Positions 25,589 to 34,137 of a stretch of 64,000 nucleotides of DNA are shown one piece after another. Source of the stretch: Bacteroidota bacterium (GTDB lineage Bacteria > Bacteroidota > Rhodothermia > Rhodothermales > Salinibacteraceae); the NCBI GenBank assembly GCA_009908945.1, contig JAAAOI010000197.1, positions 891 through 64,890 of the forward strand, in the 5' to 3' direction. The notes under the pieces were generated by a model. That model saw only the letters and a list, made by a program, of their open reading frames with translations. It made no database searches and was not told the origin of the DNA. How positions within the stretch are numbered: position 1 is the stretch's first letter; each line of letters opens with the position of its first letter. A program made the position numbers and the translations under genes.

Positions 25589-26353
25589 TTACATCTGGAT
25601 CAACAGGCGGTGCGCTCGCCGTTTGTAGATCACGTCTGTGACGTCGCCATACGGCATCGCGATGGTCTTTTGGTACTGCTCTTTTGCCTCGCCGGTGCGC
25701 CCCAGGGCTTGTAGCACACGCCCCAGCTCATACCGGTGCACCACCCGGTCCTGCAATGCGATCGCCTGCCGGTAATCGTCCTCCGCCTGCGCGTAAGACG
25801 CGTCGGGTAGCCCCCCGTACACAATGCGCATGACGGTGCGGGCTGCCCAGCCCAACCCGGCAATTTCGTAATGCCAGCGCCCGCGGACATGATAGGCCAG
25901 GTCGTTGGTCTGGTCCAGCGTGATCGCATGGTCGGCATGGGTGCGCATCTCACGGGAGAGCTCCACCCTTCGTCGGGTGCCCTCTACCAGGGCCAACCGC
26001 CCGGCACAGACCGCCTTTGTAAGATGCGCGTTGCTGCTTTCCGGGTCCAGTCCAACGGCCGTCGTAGCTTCATCGAATGCCTGCCGGAAGAGGGCCTGCT
26101 GGTGGTCTTCGTCCTCCACCCGCCTGGCCACATCGGTGCGGGTGCGTGCCATGCGCCAGAGGATACCGGCATGACCTGGGTGCTCCGCGTGCAGGGCCTC
26201 CAGCTCCTCCAGGATCAATTCAAAGTCGCCGGTGTCGCGCAGAGCTTCGAGGCGCTTGAGCTCCTCATCAATATCGGGCGCCCCCATGCTGGCACCCACG
26301 AAGAGCAAGGCCAGCACCACGAAGACGGACGCGCGAGCAAGCCTCTGTCGCAT
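25589..26353 (-). CDS. Secreted all-helical TPR-like protein (RMD/FAM82-like repeat protein), paralog 1
   Basis: This lies within ORF 25589..26386. The ATG at 26353 gives MRQRLARASVFVVLALLFVGASMG, a signal peptide. The conserved core is 'LAYHVRGRWHYEIAGLGWAARTVMRIVYGGLPDASYAQAEDDY'. Confidence 0.7.
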   Translation of the reverse strand: MRQRLARASVFVVLALLFVGASMGAPDIDEELKRLEALRDTGDFELILEELEALHAEHPGHAGILWRMARTRTDVARRVEDEDHQQALFRQAFDEATTAVGLDPESSNAHLTKAVCAGRLALVEGTRRRVELSREMRTHADHAITLDQTNDLAYHVRGRWHYEIAGLGWAARTVMRIVYGGLPDASYAQAEDDYRQAIALQDRVVHRYELGRVLQALGRTGEAKEQYQKTIAMPYGDVTDVIYKRRAHRLLIQM

Positions 26354-26395
26354 GAGCAGACGTGCGGGCCGGTGGCAGAGCGGCAATGACCAGTG

Positions 26396-27160
26396 CTACA
26401 GGCGCATGAGGAGTTGGTGTGCCTCCCGCTTGTAATTCAGGTCGTTCGGGTCTTCCTCGGGCAGCTGAATGGCAGCTTGGAGCTGCTCTCGGGCCTCCTC
26501 TTCCTTGTCGCGCTCAATCAACGTACGGCCCAGTTCAAGGCGGTGAACGATGCGCTCGCGCGTTTCCAGCGCGGTACGCAGGTTGGCCTCCGCGGCTTCA
26601 AAAGAGGCATCGGGCAGCCCCCCGTACACGGCACGCACGACGGTGCGGGACACCCAGCCCAAACTGGCCACCTCGTGGTGCCACCGACCGAGCACATGGT
26701 AGGCCAAGTCGTTCTCTGCATCCAGCGCAATAGCTTTGTCCGCGTGCTCCTTGACGCGGCGCGAGAGCTCGATCTGCTGTCGCGTGCCCGACACCAGTCC
26801 GGCCTGCCCGGCTGCGATCGCAAGGCTCAGGTGGGCCCAGGAGTGCTCGGGGTCAGCTTCGATCGCCGCTTCGGCTACGGGGACGGCCTCGAGGTAGAGC
26901 TCGCGTTGCGCATCCGAGCCTTCCTCAAGCTCACCGCCCGCGTCGGTCATGATGCGGGCCAACCGCCAGAGCACGTCGGCATTTTCCGGGTGCTCCTCCC
27001 GCAGGTCCTCCAGAAACGCTCGGCCCTCCTCAAAGGCGCCGGCCTGCCGCAACTCATCAGCGCGTTCAAGCTGTTCATCAAGGTCCTGGCCAAGAGCCGG
27101 GGGCGCCATGATGAGAGCAAGGAAGAAGGCGGTGAGGAGCGATATACTGAGGGCACGCAT
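26396..27160 (-). CDS. Secreted all-helical TPR-like protein, paralog 2
   Basis: This lies within ORF 26396..27274. The ATG at 27160 gives MRALSISLLTAFFLALIMAPPALG, a signal peptide. The core 'LAYHVLGRWHHEVASLGWVSRTVVRAVYGGLPDASFEAAEANL' is clearly homologous to the neighbouring gene along its whole length. Confidence 0.7.
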   Translation of the reverse strand: MRALSISLLTAFFLALIMAPPALGQDLDEQLERADELRQAGAFEEGRAFLEDLREEHPENADVLWRLARIMTDAGGELEEGSDAQRELYLEAVPVAEAAIEADPEHSWAHLSLAIAAGQAGLVSGTRQQIELSRRVKEHADKAIALDAENDLAYHVLGRWHHEVASLGWVSRTVVRAVYGGLPDASFEAAEANLRTALETRERIVHRLELGRTLIERDKEEEAREQLQAAIQLPEEDPNDLNYKREAHQLLMRL

Positions 27161-27270
27161 GAGGCGAAGGACGTAAATGGATGGGCCATCGGGTATGGAC
27201 TTGCACCTTGCGCCGGTAGGCCGGTTCCATGAGCGGGGTGTGGTACCAAAGCCGCCGGGCCTCAGCGGCC

Positions 27271-28251
27271 TCACGGCTGTTGCTGATTAAGGATCTGCTG
27301 CACCTCTGCCAGTGGCCGGTCTTCCCAGGTGCCGTCCGGGTACTGGATCCAGACACGCTCCTTGAAGATGTCGAGCTTCTGGACGGTGCCGCGCCCTGCA
27401 TCGGTTTCGATCGGCGTATCCACCTGAGGGAAATCCTGCAGCTCCTGCATGTACTGCTCCAGCTCGTAGTTGAGGCAGCATTTGAGGCGCCCACACTGAC
27501 CGCTCAGGCGGGTCGGGTTCAGGGGTAGGTTTTGCAACTTGGCAGCCTGCGTGGAGACGGGCTGAAACTCCTGCAGCCAGGTAGAGCAGCAGAGCTCCCG
27601 CCCGCACGATCCAATGCCGCCGACCCGTGCGGCTTCGTCGCGGGCCCCGATTTGCCGCAGCTCCACGCGGGTCTTGAAGATGCGGGCCAGCTTGCGCACG
27701 AGCGCTCGGAAGTCCACCCGATGATCAGCGGTGAAGAAAAAGGTCACCTTCTTGCGGTCAAACTGCCACTCTGCATCAACCAGCTTCATGGGAAGCTTTA
27801 GCGCATCGATCGCCTCGCGGCAGATGTGAAAGCTCTCCGCCTCTTCCTCCTTCAGGTCTTCCCACTGTTCGATGTCGGCCAGTGTGGCGCGGCGGATGAC
27901 ATTCGGGAGCAGCGCATCGTTGTCGATCTCCTCGGCCTTCATGCGGAGCCGCACCATCTCCCCGCGCATGTGGATGGTGCCAAAGTCGTGGCCTCGGTCG
28001 GCCTCCACAACGACGTAGTCGCCCGTCTGGAGCTCGAGCTGCAGCGTGTTGCGGAAGAACTCTTTGCGGCCACCCTTGAACGTTACCTCTACCGCTTCAT
28101 AGGCCACCTGCGGGTGGTCCTGCCCGATGGTGTTGAGCCAATCCAGGGTGCGCGGGAGGGGACATCCGCCGCCCGTTCCGCACTGCCCGGTGCCACATCC
28201 GCCGGTGCCACATCCGCCGGTGCCACAACTACCGCCTGATCCACAACCCAT
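27271..28251 (-). CDS. PSP1 domain protein (YaaT/RicT-like) with a Cys/Gly-repeat N-terminus
   Basis: The 326-aa ORF has the PSP1 core 'LVDAEWQFDRKKVTFFFTADHRVDFRALVRKLARIFKTRVELRQIGARDEA' and 'CGRELCCSTWL ... CGRLKCCLNYE'. The N-terminus is MGCGSGGSCGTGGCGTGGCGTGQCGTGGGCP. It lies directly downstream of holB, as in many bacteria. Confidence 0.85.
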   Translation of the reverse strand: MGCGSGGSCGTGGCGTGGCGTGQCGTGGGCPLPRTLDWLNTIGQDHPQVAYEAVEVTFKGGRKEFFRNTLQLELQTGDYVVVEADRGHDFGTIHMRGEMVRLRMKAEEIDNDALLPNVIRRATLADIEQWEDLKEEEAESFHICREAIDALKLPMKLVDAEWQFDRKKVTFFFTADHRVDFRALVRKLARIFKTRVELRQIGARDEAARVGGIGSCGRELCCSTWLQEFQPVSTQAAKLQNLPLNPTRLSGQCGRLKCCLNYELEQYMQELQDFPQVDTPIETDAGRGTVQKLDIFKERVWIQYPDGTWEDRPLAEVQQILNQQQP

Positions 28252-28369
28252 AGCTTGTTTGTATGCCTGAATCTATGTGAAAACACCGCATGCGCCGCTA
28301 CGCCGGTGTTGATGCGGTCTTCACACGACGGTTGTGCTGGAAAGGTCCACCGCGGGAACGCCCGAGGCG

Positions 28370-29545
28370 CTACGCCGCAAACGGCGCGACAGGATCAGCC
28401 AGCGGCACGTAGAGGCGTCCGCTGTGGCTCCCGCGCATGGCCCGGCCGAGGGCAGCGGCCAACGTCATCATGGTGAGGCCAATCTGCACGTTGCGCTGCA
28501 CAAGATCGAGCGCATCTTCGACAAGGTCTACCATGGCTTCGAGGTCGGCATCCGGCAGGTTCGCGCAGAAGCGCGCAATGGCCTCGGCTTGATCGACGTT
28601 AACGAGCGGCGCATCGGGGCCCATGGTGTGGTAGAGGACGAGGTCGCGGATCCAGCTGAGGAGCAGGCGGAGGAGCCCCTTTACCCGCTCGCGTCCCAGG
28701 CGCTGGATCTCCTCCGCCAGATCAGCGAGCTTGTCGAGGTCGCGCACGTAGGCGTAGCGCATGTAGTCGATAACCATGGCCCGGTGCGCCATAAGGTCGT
28801 CGTTTTCAAGCAAGTTGAGGGCCCGGGTGTACGAGCCATCAGCCATACGGGCGTACGTGGCGGCCGTGTCAGCAGGTATGTCGTCGCGGTCCTGCAGGGC
28901 AGCGGCCAGCCCGTCGGCCGAGAGGGGATCGAACCGGAGCCGTTGGCAGCGCGACAGGATGGTCGGCAGCAGCCGGTCGGGGCGTTTGCTGGTGAGCACA
29001 AACACGGTACGGTCGCCAGGCTCTTCGAGCAGCTTCAGGAAGGCGTTGGCGGCCTCCGGGCGCATCAGATCGGCATCCAGCAGCAGGACGAACTTGTAGC
29101 GGCCCTCGAGGGGTTTGTAGCTCATGGACCGCCGCAAATCGTCGTTCACGCGGTCGACGTGGTACATGACCTGCTTGTTGGATGACTTCGTGGGATCGTC
29201 CAGCGAGGGGCGCCGCACGAAGTCTACAGCAGCGTAGGGATGCGCGGCCAGGCGTTGAATGCGTTGGGCCACATCCTCGGTGTCGGTGCCGCGCGGGTAC
29301 GGCATCATCACGTGCACATCGGGATGGATGAGCCGCTCCACCTTGCGGCAGCCGCTGCAGGCGCCACACGGCGCGGGGCCGCCCTCTGCACACTGGAGCG
29401 CCTGAGCGAAGGCCAGCGCTGCCGCGCGCTTGCCGGACCCGTCCGGCCCGTGAAAGAGGTACGCATGCGCCACGCGCTGGCTGCTAATGGCGCGCTGCAG
29501 CGTCTCCCGTACGCGGGGTTGATCAATGACTGAGTTCCAAGCCAT
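28370..29545 (-). CDS. holB: DNA polymerase III subunit delta-prime
   Basis: The 391-aa ORF carries 'HAYLFHGPDGSGKRAAALAFAQALQC', the zinc module 'CGACSGCRKV', 'LLEEP' and 'SRCQ'. Confidence 0.9.
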   Translation of the reverse strand: MAWNSVIDQPRVRETLQRAISSQRVAHAYLFHGPDGSGKRAAALAFAQALQCAEGGPAPCGACSGCRKVERLIHPDVHVMMPYPRGTDTEDVAQRIQRLAAHPYAAVDFVRRPSLDDPTKSSNKQVMYHVDRVNDDLRRSMSYKPLEGRYKFVLLLDADLMRPEAANAFLKLLEEPGDRTVFVLTSKRPDRLLPTILSRCQRLRFDPLSADGLAAALQDRDDIPADTAATYARMADGSYTRALNLLENDDLMAHRAMVIDYMRYAYVRDLDKLADLAEEIQRLGRERVKGLLRLLLSWIRDLVLYHTMGPDAPLVNVDQAEAIARFCANLPDADLEAMVDLVEDALDLVQRNVQIGLTMMTLAAALGRAMRGSHSGRLYVPLADPVAPFAA

Positions 29546-29757
29546 ACCCTATAACGAATACGCGTGTAGCTAATGAATGAGCAAAGTAGGGCGCGGCGGC
29601 GGCGGACGCAAGGGCCCCACGCCGCCCGGAGGCGCTGCATCCGTTCTTCAAACCGCCACGGAAACAAAGAACCGGGCCTCGGCGATTTACGCTGTCTCCA
29701 TGTAACAGCAGCAACCTTTACTGGTTGGCCTCCGTCTCTAAGGCGCAGGCTTGTAAT

Positions 29758-29831
29758 GGCGCGGTAGCTCAGTTGGTAAGAGCGTCGGATTCATAACCCG
29801 GAGGCCGAGGGTTCAAGTCCCTCCCGCGCCA
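29758..29831 (+). tRNA. tRNA with CAU anticodon: tRNA-Met (elongator type most likely; tRNA-Ile2/lysidine not excluded)
   Basis: I folded the cloverleaf by hand. The acceptor is GGCGCGG/CCGCGCC, and the D arm is GCTC-AGTTGGTAA-GAGC. The anticodon loop is TTCATAA with CAT at 29792-29794. The T arm is GAGGG-TTCAAGT-CCCTC and the discriminator is A. CCA is not encoded. Confidence 0.88.
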
Positions 29832-29860
29832 CTGGCGGCACCCGGTAGTGTCATCATCCT

Positions 29861-29894
29861 CCCGCTCGGCATCAGTGCCGACGCGGGATTTTTT
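29861..29894 (+). terminator. Rho-independent terminator after the tRNA
   Basis: CCCGCTCGGCA-TCAG-TGCCGACGCGGG (one bulge) is followed by ATTTTTTG. Confidence 0.7.
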
Positions 29895-30016
29895 GTGGGC
29901 TCCCCCGGGGGCCAGATGCATCAACGCCCCGTCCGTTTCCGGACGAGGCGTTGAAGCGTGGCCCGCACGCGCTGAGCAGGCGCCTGCGAGCATACTGGTA
30001 CCAACGGGCTATTCCA

Positions 30017-32140
30017 TCAGGCCTCTTGCAGTGGGGCGCCCGCAGCTTCGATGAGGGCCTCTTTCACGTGCGGCGGCACCACCTCGTACCCGCTAAAACG
30101 CGCCACGTGCAGCCCACGCCCCTGCGTCTTGGAGCGCAGGGTGGTCGCATACTCGTGCAGCTCCGCTTCCGGCACCTGGGCCTTCACGTTCTGAAACAGG
30201 CCGTCCGCTTCGATGCCTTGCACCCGGGCGCGCCGCGTGGAGAGGTCGCTCATCACCTCGCCTACGTCCTCTGGGCGGACGGTCACCTCCAGGTCCATAA
30301 TGGGCTCCAGGAGGGCCGGCCGGGCCTGCATGAACGCCTCCCGGAAGCAATGGCGCGCGGCGGTTTTGAAGGCGTTCTCGTTGGAATCCACGTCGTGCAT
30401 CCCGCCGTCGTAAATCACCACCCGCACATCGCCCAGGGGGTAGCCCAGCAGGGGGCCTTCCGTGGCGTTCGCCAGGATGCCTTTCTGGATAGCCCCGAAG
30501 AACCGCCGCATGTCAATCACCCCGCCTACGATGGCGTCCACGAAGTGCACCGTCGCGCCCCAGTCGGTGGTGACGGTCGCTTCATTGCGCACCCGGATGT
30601 CGTTGGGTGGGGTGAAGGTTGGCGTGAGCGGCTCGACGAGGAGCGAAATATCGGCAAACTGCCCGGCGCCGCCCGTTTGCTTTTTGTGGCGATAGGAGGC
30701 GCGGGCACGGTCCTGCACGGTTTCGCGGTAGGCCACGCGCGGCTCGTCAAAGACAACCTCCACGCCAGCCCGCCGGTGCAGGCGGTCTTGCACCACCGCC
30801 AGGTGCATCTTGCCCTGCCCGCCCAGCACGATTTGGTTCAGGTGCGGGTCGTGCTCTACGGTCAGCGAGGGATCCTCCGCCTGGATCTGGTTAAGCCCAC
30901 GGGCGAGCTTGTCTTCGTCCCCGGTGGTCGCCACCCGAACGGCCCGCCGGTAGCGCGCTTCAGGAAACGCGATGGGCTCGATGATGACGTCGTGGTCGTG
31001 AGCGCGGAGGGTGTGGTTCGTACCCGTCGACCGCAGCTTGACCACCGCGCCCAGGTCGCCGGCCGAAAGGCGCGCCACCTTGCGCCGGTCCTGACCGTTC
31101 ACAACGTGGAGCGGTCCGAGGCGCTCTGTAGCCCCCGTTTGCGCGTTTTCGAGGTCCTGCCCGGCCTCCAGCACCCCGGCATAGACGCGCAAAAACGAGA
31201 GGTTGCCCACATGCTCCTCGGCCATCGTGCGGTACACCAGGGCCACCGGCTCAGCGGCGGGGTCGCAGGCGACCGGGGCACCGGCACGGGTGGCCGCGGG
31301 CGGCGTAGAGGCGGGCGAGGGACAGATCTTGGTGAAGAAGCTCATGAGGCGCGAGACCCCGATGTTTTCGGCGGTGCTGGCCACAAAGATGGGAAACAGT
31401 TCACGCCGGATCATCGCGTCGTGCAGGCCTTGCCGCATCTGCTCTTCGGTGAGGGTGCCCTGGTCAAAGAACTGCTCCATGAGCGCCTCGTCGTTTTCGG
31501 CGATGTCCTCGACCAGCGCCTGATGCAACGCCTGGGCCTCCTCCTGGAACGCCGGGGCGATGGGCCGCACTTCCGGGGTACCGTCTTTCGGATAATGCAC
31601 CTGCTCCATGCGCAGCACATCGATGATGGAGCGGCTACCGGTACCGCCGGGCAACTGCACCACCGTAGCGCCCCGGCCAAAGCGCTCCTTCACCTCAGCG
31701 ACCAGGCCTCGAAAGTTGGCCTCCTCTCGGTCCAAGTGGTTGATGATGAAAAGCGACGGCTTCTGCGTCATCTCGCCGTACGACCAGGCCAGCTCCGTGC
31801 CCACCTGCACGCCGTCAGCCGCGTTCATCATGAAGGCCGCCGTATCGCACACCTTCATGGCCGCGACCACCTCGCCTACGAAGTCGGGGTAGCCCGGCGT
31901 GTCGATCACGTTCAGTTTGTGGCCTCTCCACTCCACGTTGATGAGCGAGCTAAAGATGGTCATCTCGCGCGCTTGCTCGTCGGTATGGTAGTCGCTCACC
32001 GTCGAGCCCCCGCTGATTGTGCCCATCCGCTCGATAGCGCCGCTTTCGTAGAGCATCGCCTCAGCCAGCACCGTCTTGCCCGTACCCTGGTGCCCTACCA
32101 GTACCACGTTGCGTAGATATTCCGCGTCGTAGGTCTTCAT
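30017..32140 (-). CDS. Elongation factor G paralog (EF-G2-like translational GTPase)
   Basis: An internal ATG of ORF 30017..32215 is preceded by GAGGAGG. It gives MKTYDAEYLRNVVLVGHQGTGKTVLAEAML. The G motifs are 'DTPGYPDF' and 'NHLD', and EF-G domains II-V follow. The P-loop GHQGTGKT differs from the canonical fusA AHIDAGKT. The gene is not in a str operon context. Confidence 0.88.
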   Translation of the reverse strand: MKTYDAEYLRNVVLVGHQGTGKTVLAEAMLYESGAIERMGTISGGSTVSDYHTDEQAREMTIFSSLINVEWRGHKLNVIDTPGYPDFVGEVVAAMKVCDTAAFMMNAADGVQVGTELAWSYGEMTQKPSLFIINHLDREEANFRGLVAEVKERFGRGATVVQLPGGTGSRSIIDVLRMEQVHYPKDGTPEVRPIAPAFQEEAQALHQALVEDIAENDEALMEQFFDQGTLTEEQMRQGLHDAMIRRELFPIFVASTAENIGVSRLMSFFTKICPSPASTPPAATRAGAPVACDPAAEPVALVYRTMAEEHVGNLSFLRVYAGVLEAGQDLENAQTGATERLGPLHVVNGQDRRKVARLSAGDLGAVVKLRSTGTNHTLRAHDHDVIIEPIAFPEARYRRAVRVATTGDEDKLARGLNQIQAEDPSLTVEHDPHLNQIVLGGQGKMHLAVVQDRLHRRAGVEVVFDEPRVAYRETVQDRARASYRHKKQTGGAGQFADISLLVEPLTPTFTPPNDIRVRNEATVTTDWGATVHFVDAIVGGVIDMRRFFGAIQKGILANATEGPLLGYPLGDVRVVIYDGGMHDVDSNENAFKTAARHCFREAFMQARPALLEPIMDLEVTVRPEDVGEVMSDLSTRRARVQGIEADGLFQNVKAQVPEAELHEYATTLRSKTQGRGLHVARFSGYEVVPPHVKEALIEAAGAPLQEA

Positions 32141-32145
32141 CCGTG

Positions 32146-32152
32146 CCTCCTC
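32146..32152 (-). promoter_or_regulatory. Shine-Dalgarno sequence (GAGGAGG) for the EF-G paralog
   Basis: The plus strand reads CCTCCTC. It lies 5 nt upstream of the ATG at 32140 on the minus strand. Confidence 0.55.
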
Positions 32153-32373
32153 GCTGTCGGGTCCATAGCTCGCGGGAGCCGCCCACGCATCGCCGAGGCC
32201 TGTCGCGAGCGGCATTTGCTATTTCTTCATACGTTATACCAAGATACGGATTGAGGGCTCAGAATCAAGCGCTGTTTACGATTTGCCCACGCCATGCTGG
32301 TGCGGCCCCTGCCGAACCCATCGACGGCCGGCTCGTAGGTGAGCTTCGCTTTTTCGCTTGCCCCGATTCCCCT

Positions 32374-33078
32374 ATGCCGCGCCATCTCCTGGCTCTTGAG
32401 ACCGCAACGTCGGTGTGTAGCGTGGCGGTCTTCAGCGATACGCAGTGCCGAGCGCTGCTTACGCTCGACCGGCCGCGGCAGCATGCCGAGCGCTTGGTAC
32501 CGATGGTTGAGCAGGCCCTGGCCTATGCCGACCTTTCAGTGGGGGCCGTAGATACGGTAGCGGTGTCGGCTGGGCCCGGCTCATACACCGGGCTTCGCAT
32601 CGGCGTGAGCACGGCCAAGGGCCTGGCCCTGGCTGCAGATGCTGCGCTGGTGGGGGTCTCCTCACTGGCGGCGCTGGCTGAACATGCAACCCTCACCGCG
32701 CCAGCGGGCACGGCCGTTGTAGCCGCTCGCACCGCCCGGCGGTCCGAACTCTATGCTGCGGCGTATCGGGTCTCCCCCGGCCGCACGCTCGAGCCCATCG
32801 AACCGCCCCAAACCCTCACGACCGATACGCTCGGGGCATGGTGGGCCGCCACGGGTATCGACGGTCCATGTTGGGCCGTCGGCGATGCAGCACCGGCCGT
32901 GCAGGACGCCCTGCTGAAGCACTCTTTCCACGTCCTCCCGTTTCCCCAGGTGGGGCCCGATGCGCGAACCGTCGGTCGGCGGGGGCATCAGCGCCGCGCC
33001 CGTGGTGAAGCAGAGGACGTAGTATCTTTTGAACCCTACTACCTGAAGGCGTATCATGCCCAAAAACACGGCGCCTGA
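32374..33078 (+). CDS. tsaB: tRNA threonylcarbamoyladenosine (t6A) biosynthesis protein TsaB
   Basis: An internal ATG of ORF 32143..33078 gives MPRHLLALETATSVCSVAVFSD. 'VSAGPGSYTGLRIGVSTAKGLA' is the YeaZ/TsaB signature. Confidence 0.85.
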   Translation: MPRHLLALETATSVCSVAVFSDTQCRALLTLDRPRQHAERLVPMVEQALAYADLSVGAVDTVAVSAGPGSYTGLRIGVSTAKGLALAADAALVGVSSLAALAEHATLTAPAGTAVVAARTARRSELYAAAYRVSPGRTLEPIEPPQTLTTDTLGAWWAATGIDGPCWAVGDAAPAVQDALLKHSFHVLPFPQVGPDARTVGRRGHQRRARGEAEDVVSFEPYYLKAYHAQKHGA

Positions 33079-33192
33079 TGCATCCGTCTGTTTGCCCTGG
33101 CGGGCCAACATGGCGCTTCAGTTGATTTTTGTTGATGTTGAAGGATGGCACGTGGCGCACTTGCTTTACTGACTTGACTGTTTCCCAACCCC

Positions 33193-34038
33193 ATGAGCTG
33201 GTTCAAACGAAAGAAGAAAGGCATTCTCACGGAGCTCAGTGAGCAAAACGACATGCCGGAGGGGCAGTGGGTTAAGTGCCCTGGCTGCAGCGCCATCCTC
33301 AACCGACGCGAGTTGGAGGAGAACTACCTGGTGTGCCCCAAGTGCGGTCATCACTTCAACCTGTCCAGCCAGCGCTACTTTACCCTGCTTTTTGATGAGC
33401 AGGCGTACGAGCGGCACGACGAGCACCTTACGTCTCGCGATCCGCTTCACTTTGAAGATCGCAAGCCCTACACCCAGCGCCTGGAATCTGCCCGCCAAAA
33501 GACCAGCCGCAATGAGGCCGTGCAATCGGCCACCGGTACCGTCAACGGCTTGCCCGTTTCTGTTGCGGTGATGGACTTCTCCTTTATTGGGGGTTCGATG
33601 GGGTCGGTGGTGGGTGAGATACTGGCGCGGTCCGTGAAGCGTGCCTACACCGAAGACCGGGCGCTGATGATCATTTCGCAGAGCGGCGGAGCTCGGATGA
33701 TGGAGGGCGCCCTGAGCCTCATGCAGATGGCCAAAACAAGCGCGCACCTCACGCGCCTCGCAGACAAAGGCCTGCCCTACCTCTCCTACATGTGTAACCC
33801 GACGACCGGAGGGGTGACGGCTTCCTTCGCTATGCTGGGCGATATTAACATGGCCGAGCCAGATGCGTTGATCGGGTTTGCCGGTCCGCGCGTAATACGT
33901 GAGACGATCGGCCAGGATTTGCCGGAGGGGTTTCAAAAGTCGGAGTTTCTGCTGGAGCACGGCTTTCTGGATCTCATCGTTGACCGCCGTAACCTCCAGG
34001 AAGAGGTTGGGCGGCTGCTGGGTCTGCTGATGGCCTAA
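33193..34038 (+). CDS. accD: Acetyl-CoA carboxylase carboxyltransferase subunit beta
   Basis: The 281-aa ORF has the zinc ribbon 'CPGCSAILNRRELEENYLVCPKCGHH', plus 'FSFIGGSMGSVVGE' and 'SGGARMMEG'. Confidence 0.95.
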   Translation: MSWFKRKKKGILTELSEQNDMPEGQWVKCPGCSAILNRRELEENYLVCPKCGHHFNLSSQRYFTLLFDEQAYERHDEHLTSRDPLHFEDRKPYTQRLESARQKTSRNEAVQSATGTVNGLPVSVAVMDFSFIGGSMGSVVGEILARSVKRAYTEDRALMIISQSGGARMMEGALSLMQMAKTSAHLTRLADKGLPYLSYMCNPTTGGVTASFAMLGDINMAEPDALIGFAGPRVIRETIGQDLPEGFQKSEFLLEHGFLDLIVDRRNLQEEVGRLLGLLMA

Positions 34039-34080
34039 ACGGCCCCCGATTGACCCGGCATTCGCAAGCGGCCGTGCTTC

Positions 34081-34118
34081 CGGGCCCCTTCCGTTCCTCC
34101 GGGCCCCTTCCGTTCCTC
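34081..34118. repeat. Perfect tandem duplication, 2 copies of 19 bp (CGGGCCCCTTCCGTTCCTC)
   Basis: The copies are at 34081-34099 and 34100-34118. They lie in the accD-HAD intergenic region, 20 nt upstream of the HAD start. Confidence 0.9.
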
Positions 34119-34137
34119 AGCGCTACTGTGCATCCAC

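Noticed and set aside
29758-30016. The tRNA-Met gene as an integration site for a genomic island.
   Set aside because: No integrase, recombinase or phage genes flank it. I did not spot a direct repeat of the tRNA 3' half elsewhere in the window. The downstream genes (EF-G paralog, tsaB, accD) are housekeeping.
29951-32116. A 721-aa ORF antisense to the EF-G paralog.
   Set aside because: The opposite strand carries unmistakable GTPase motifs. This frame gives low-information Arg/His/Gly/Val-rich sequence, so it is a shadow ORF caused by high GC content.
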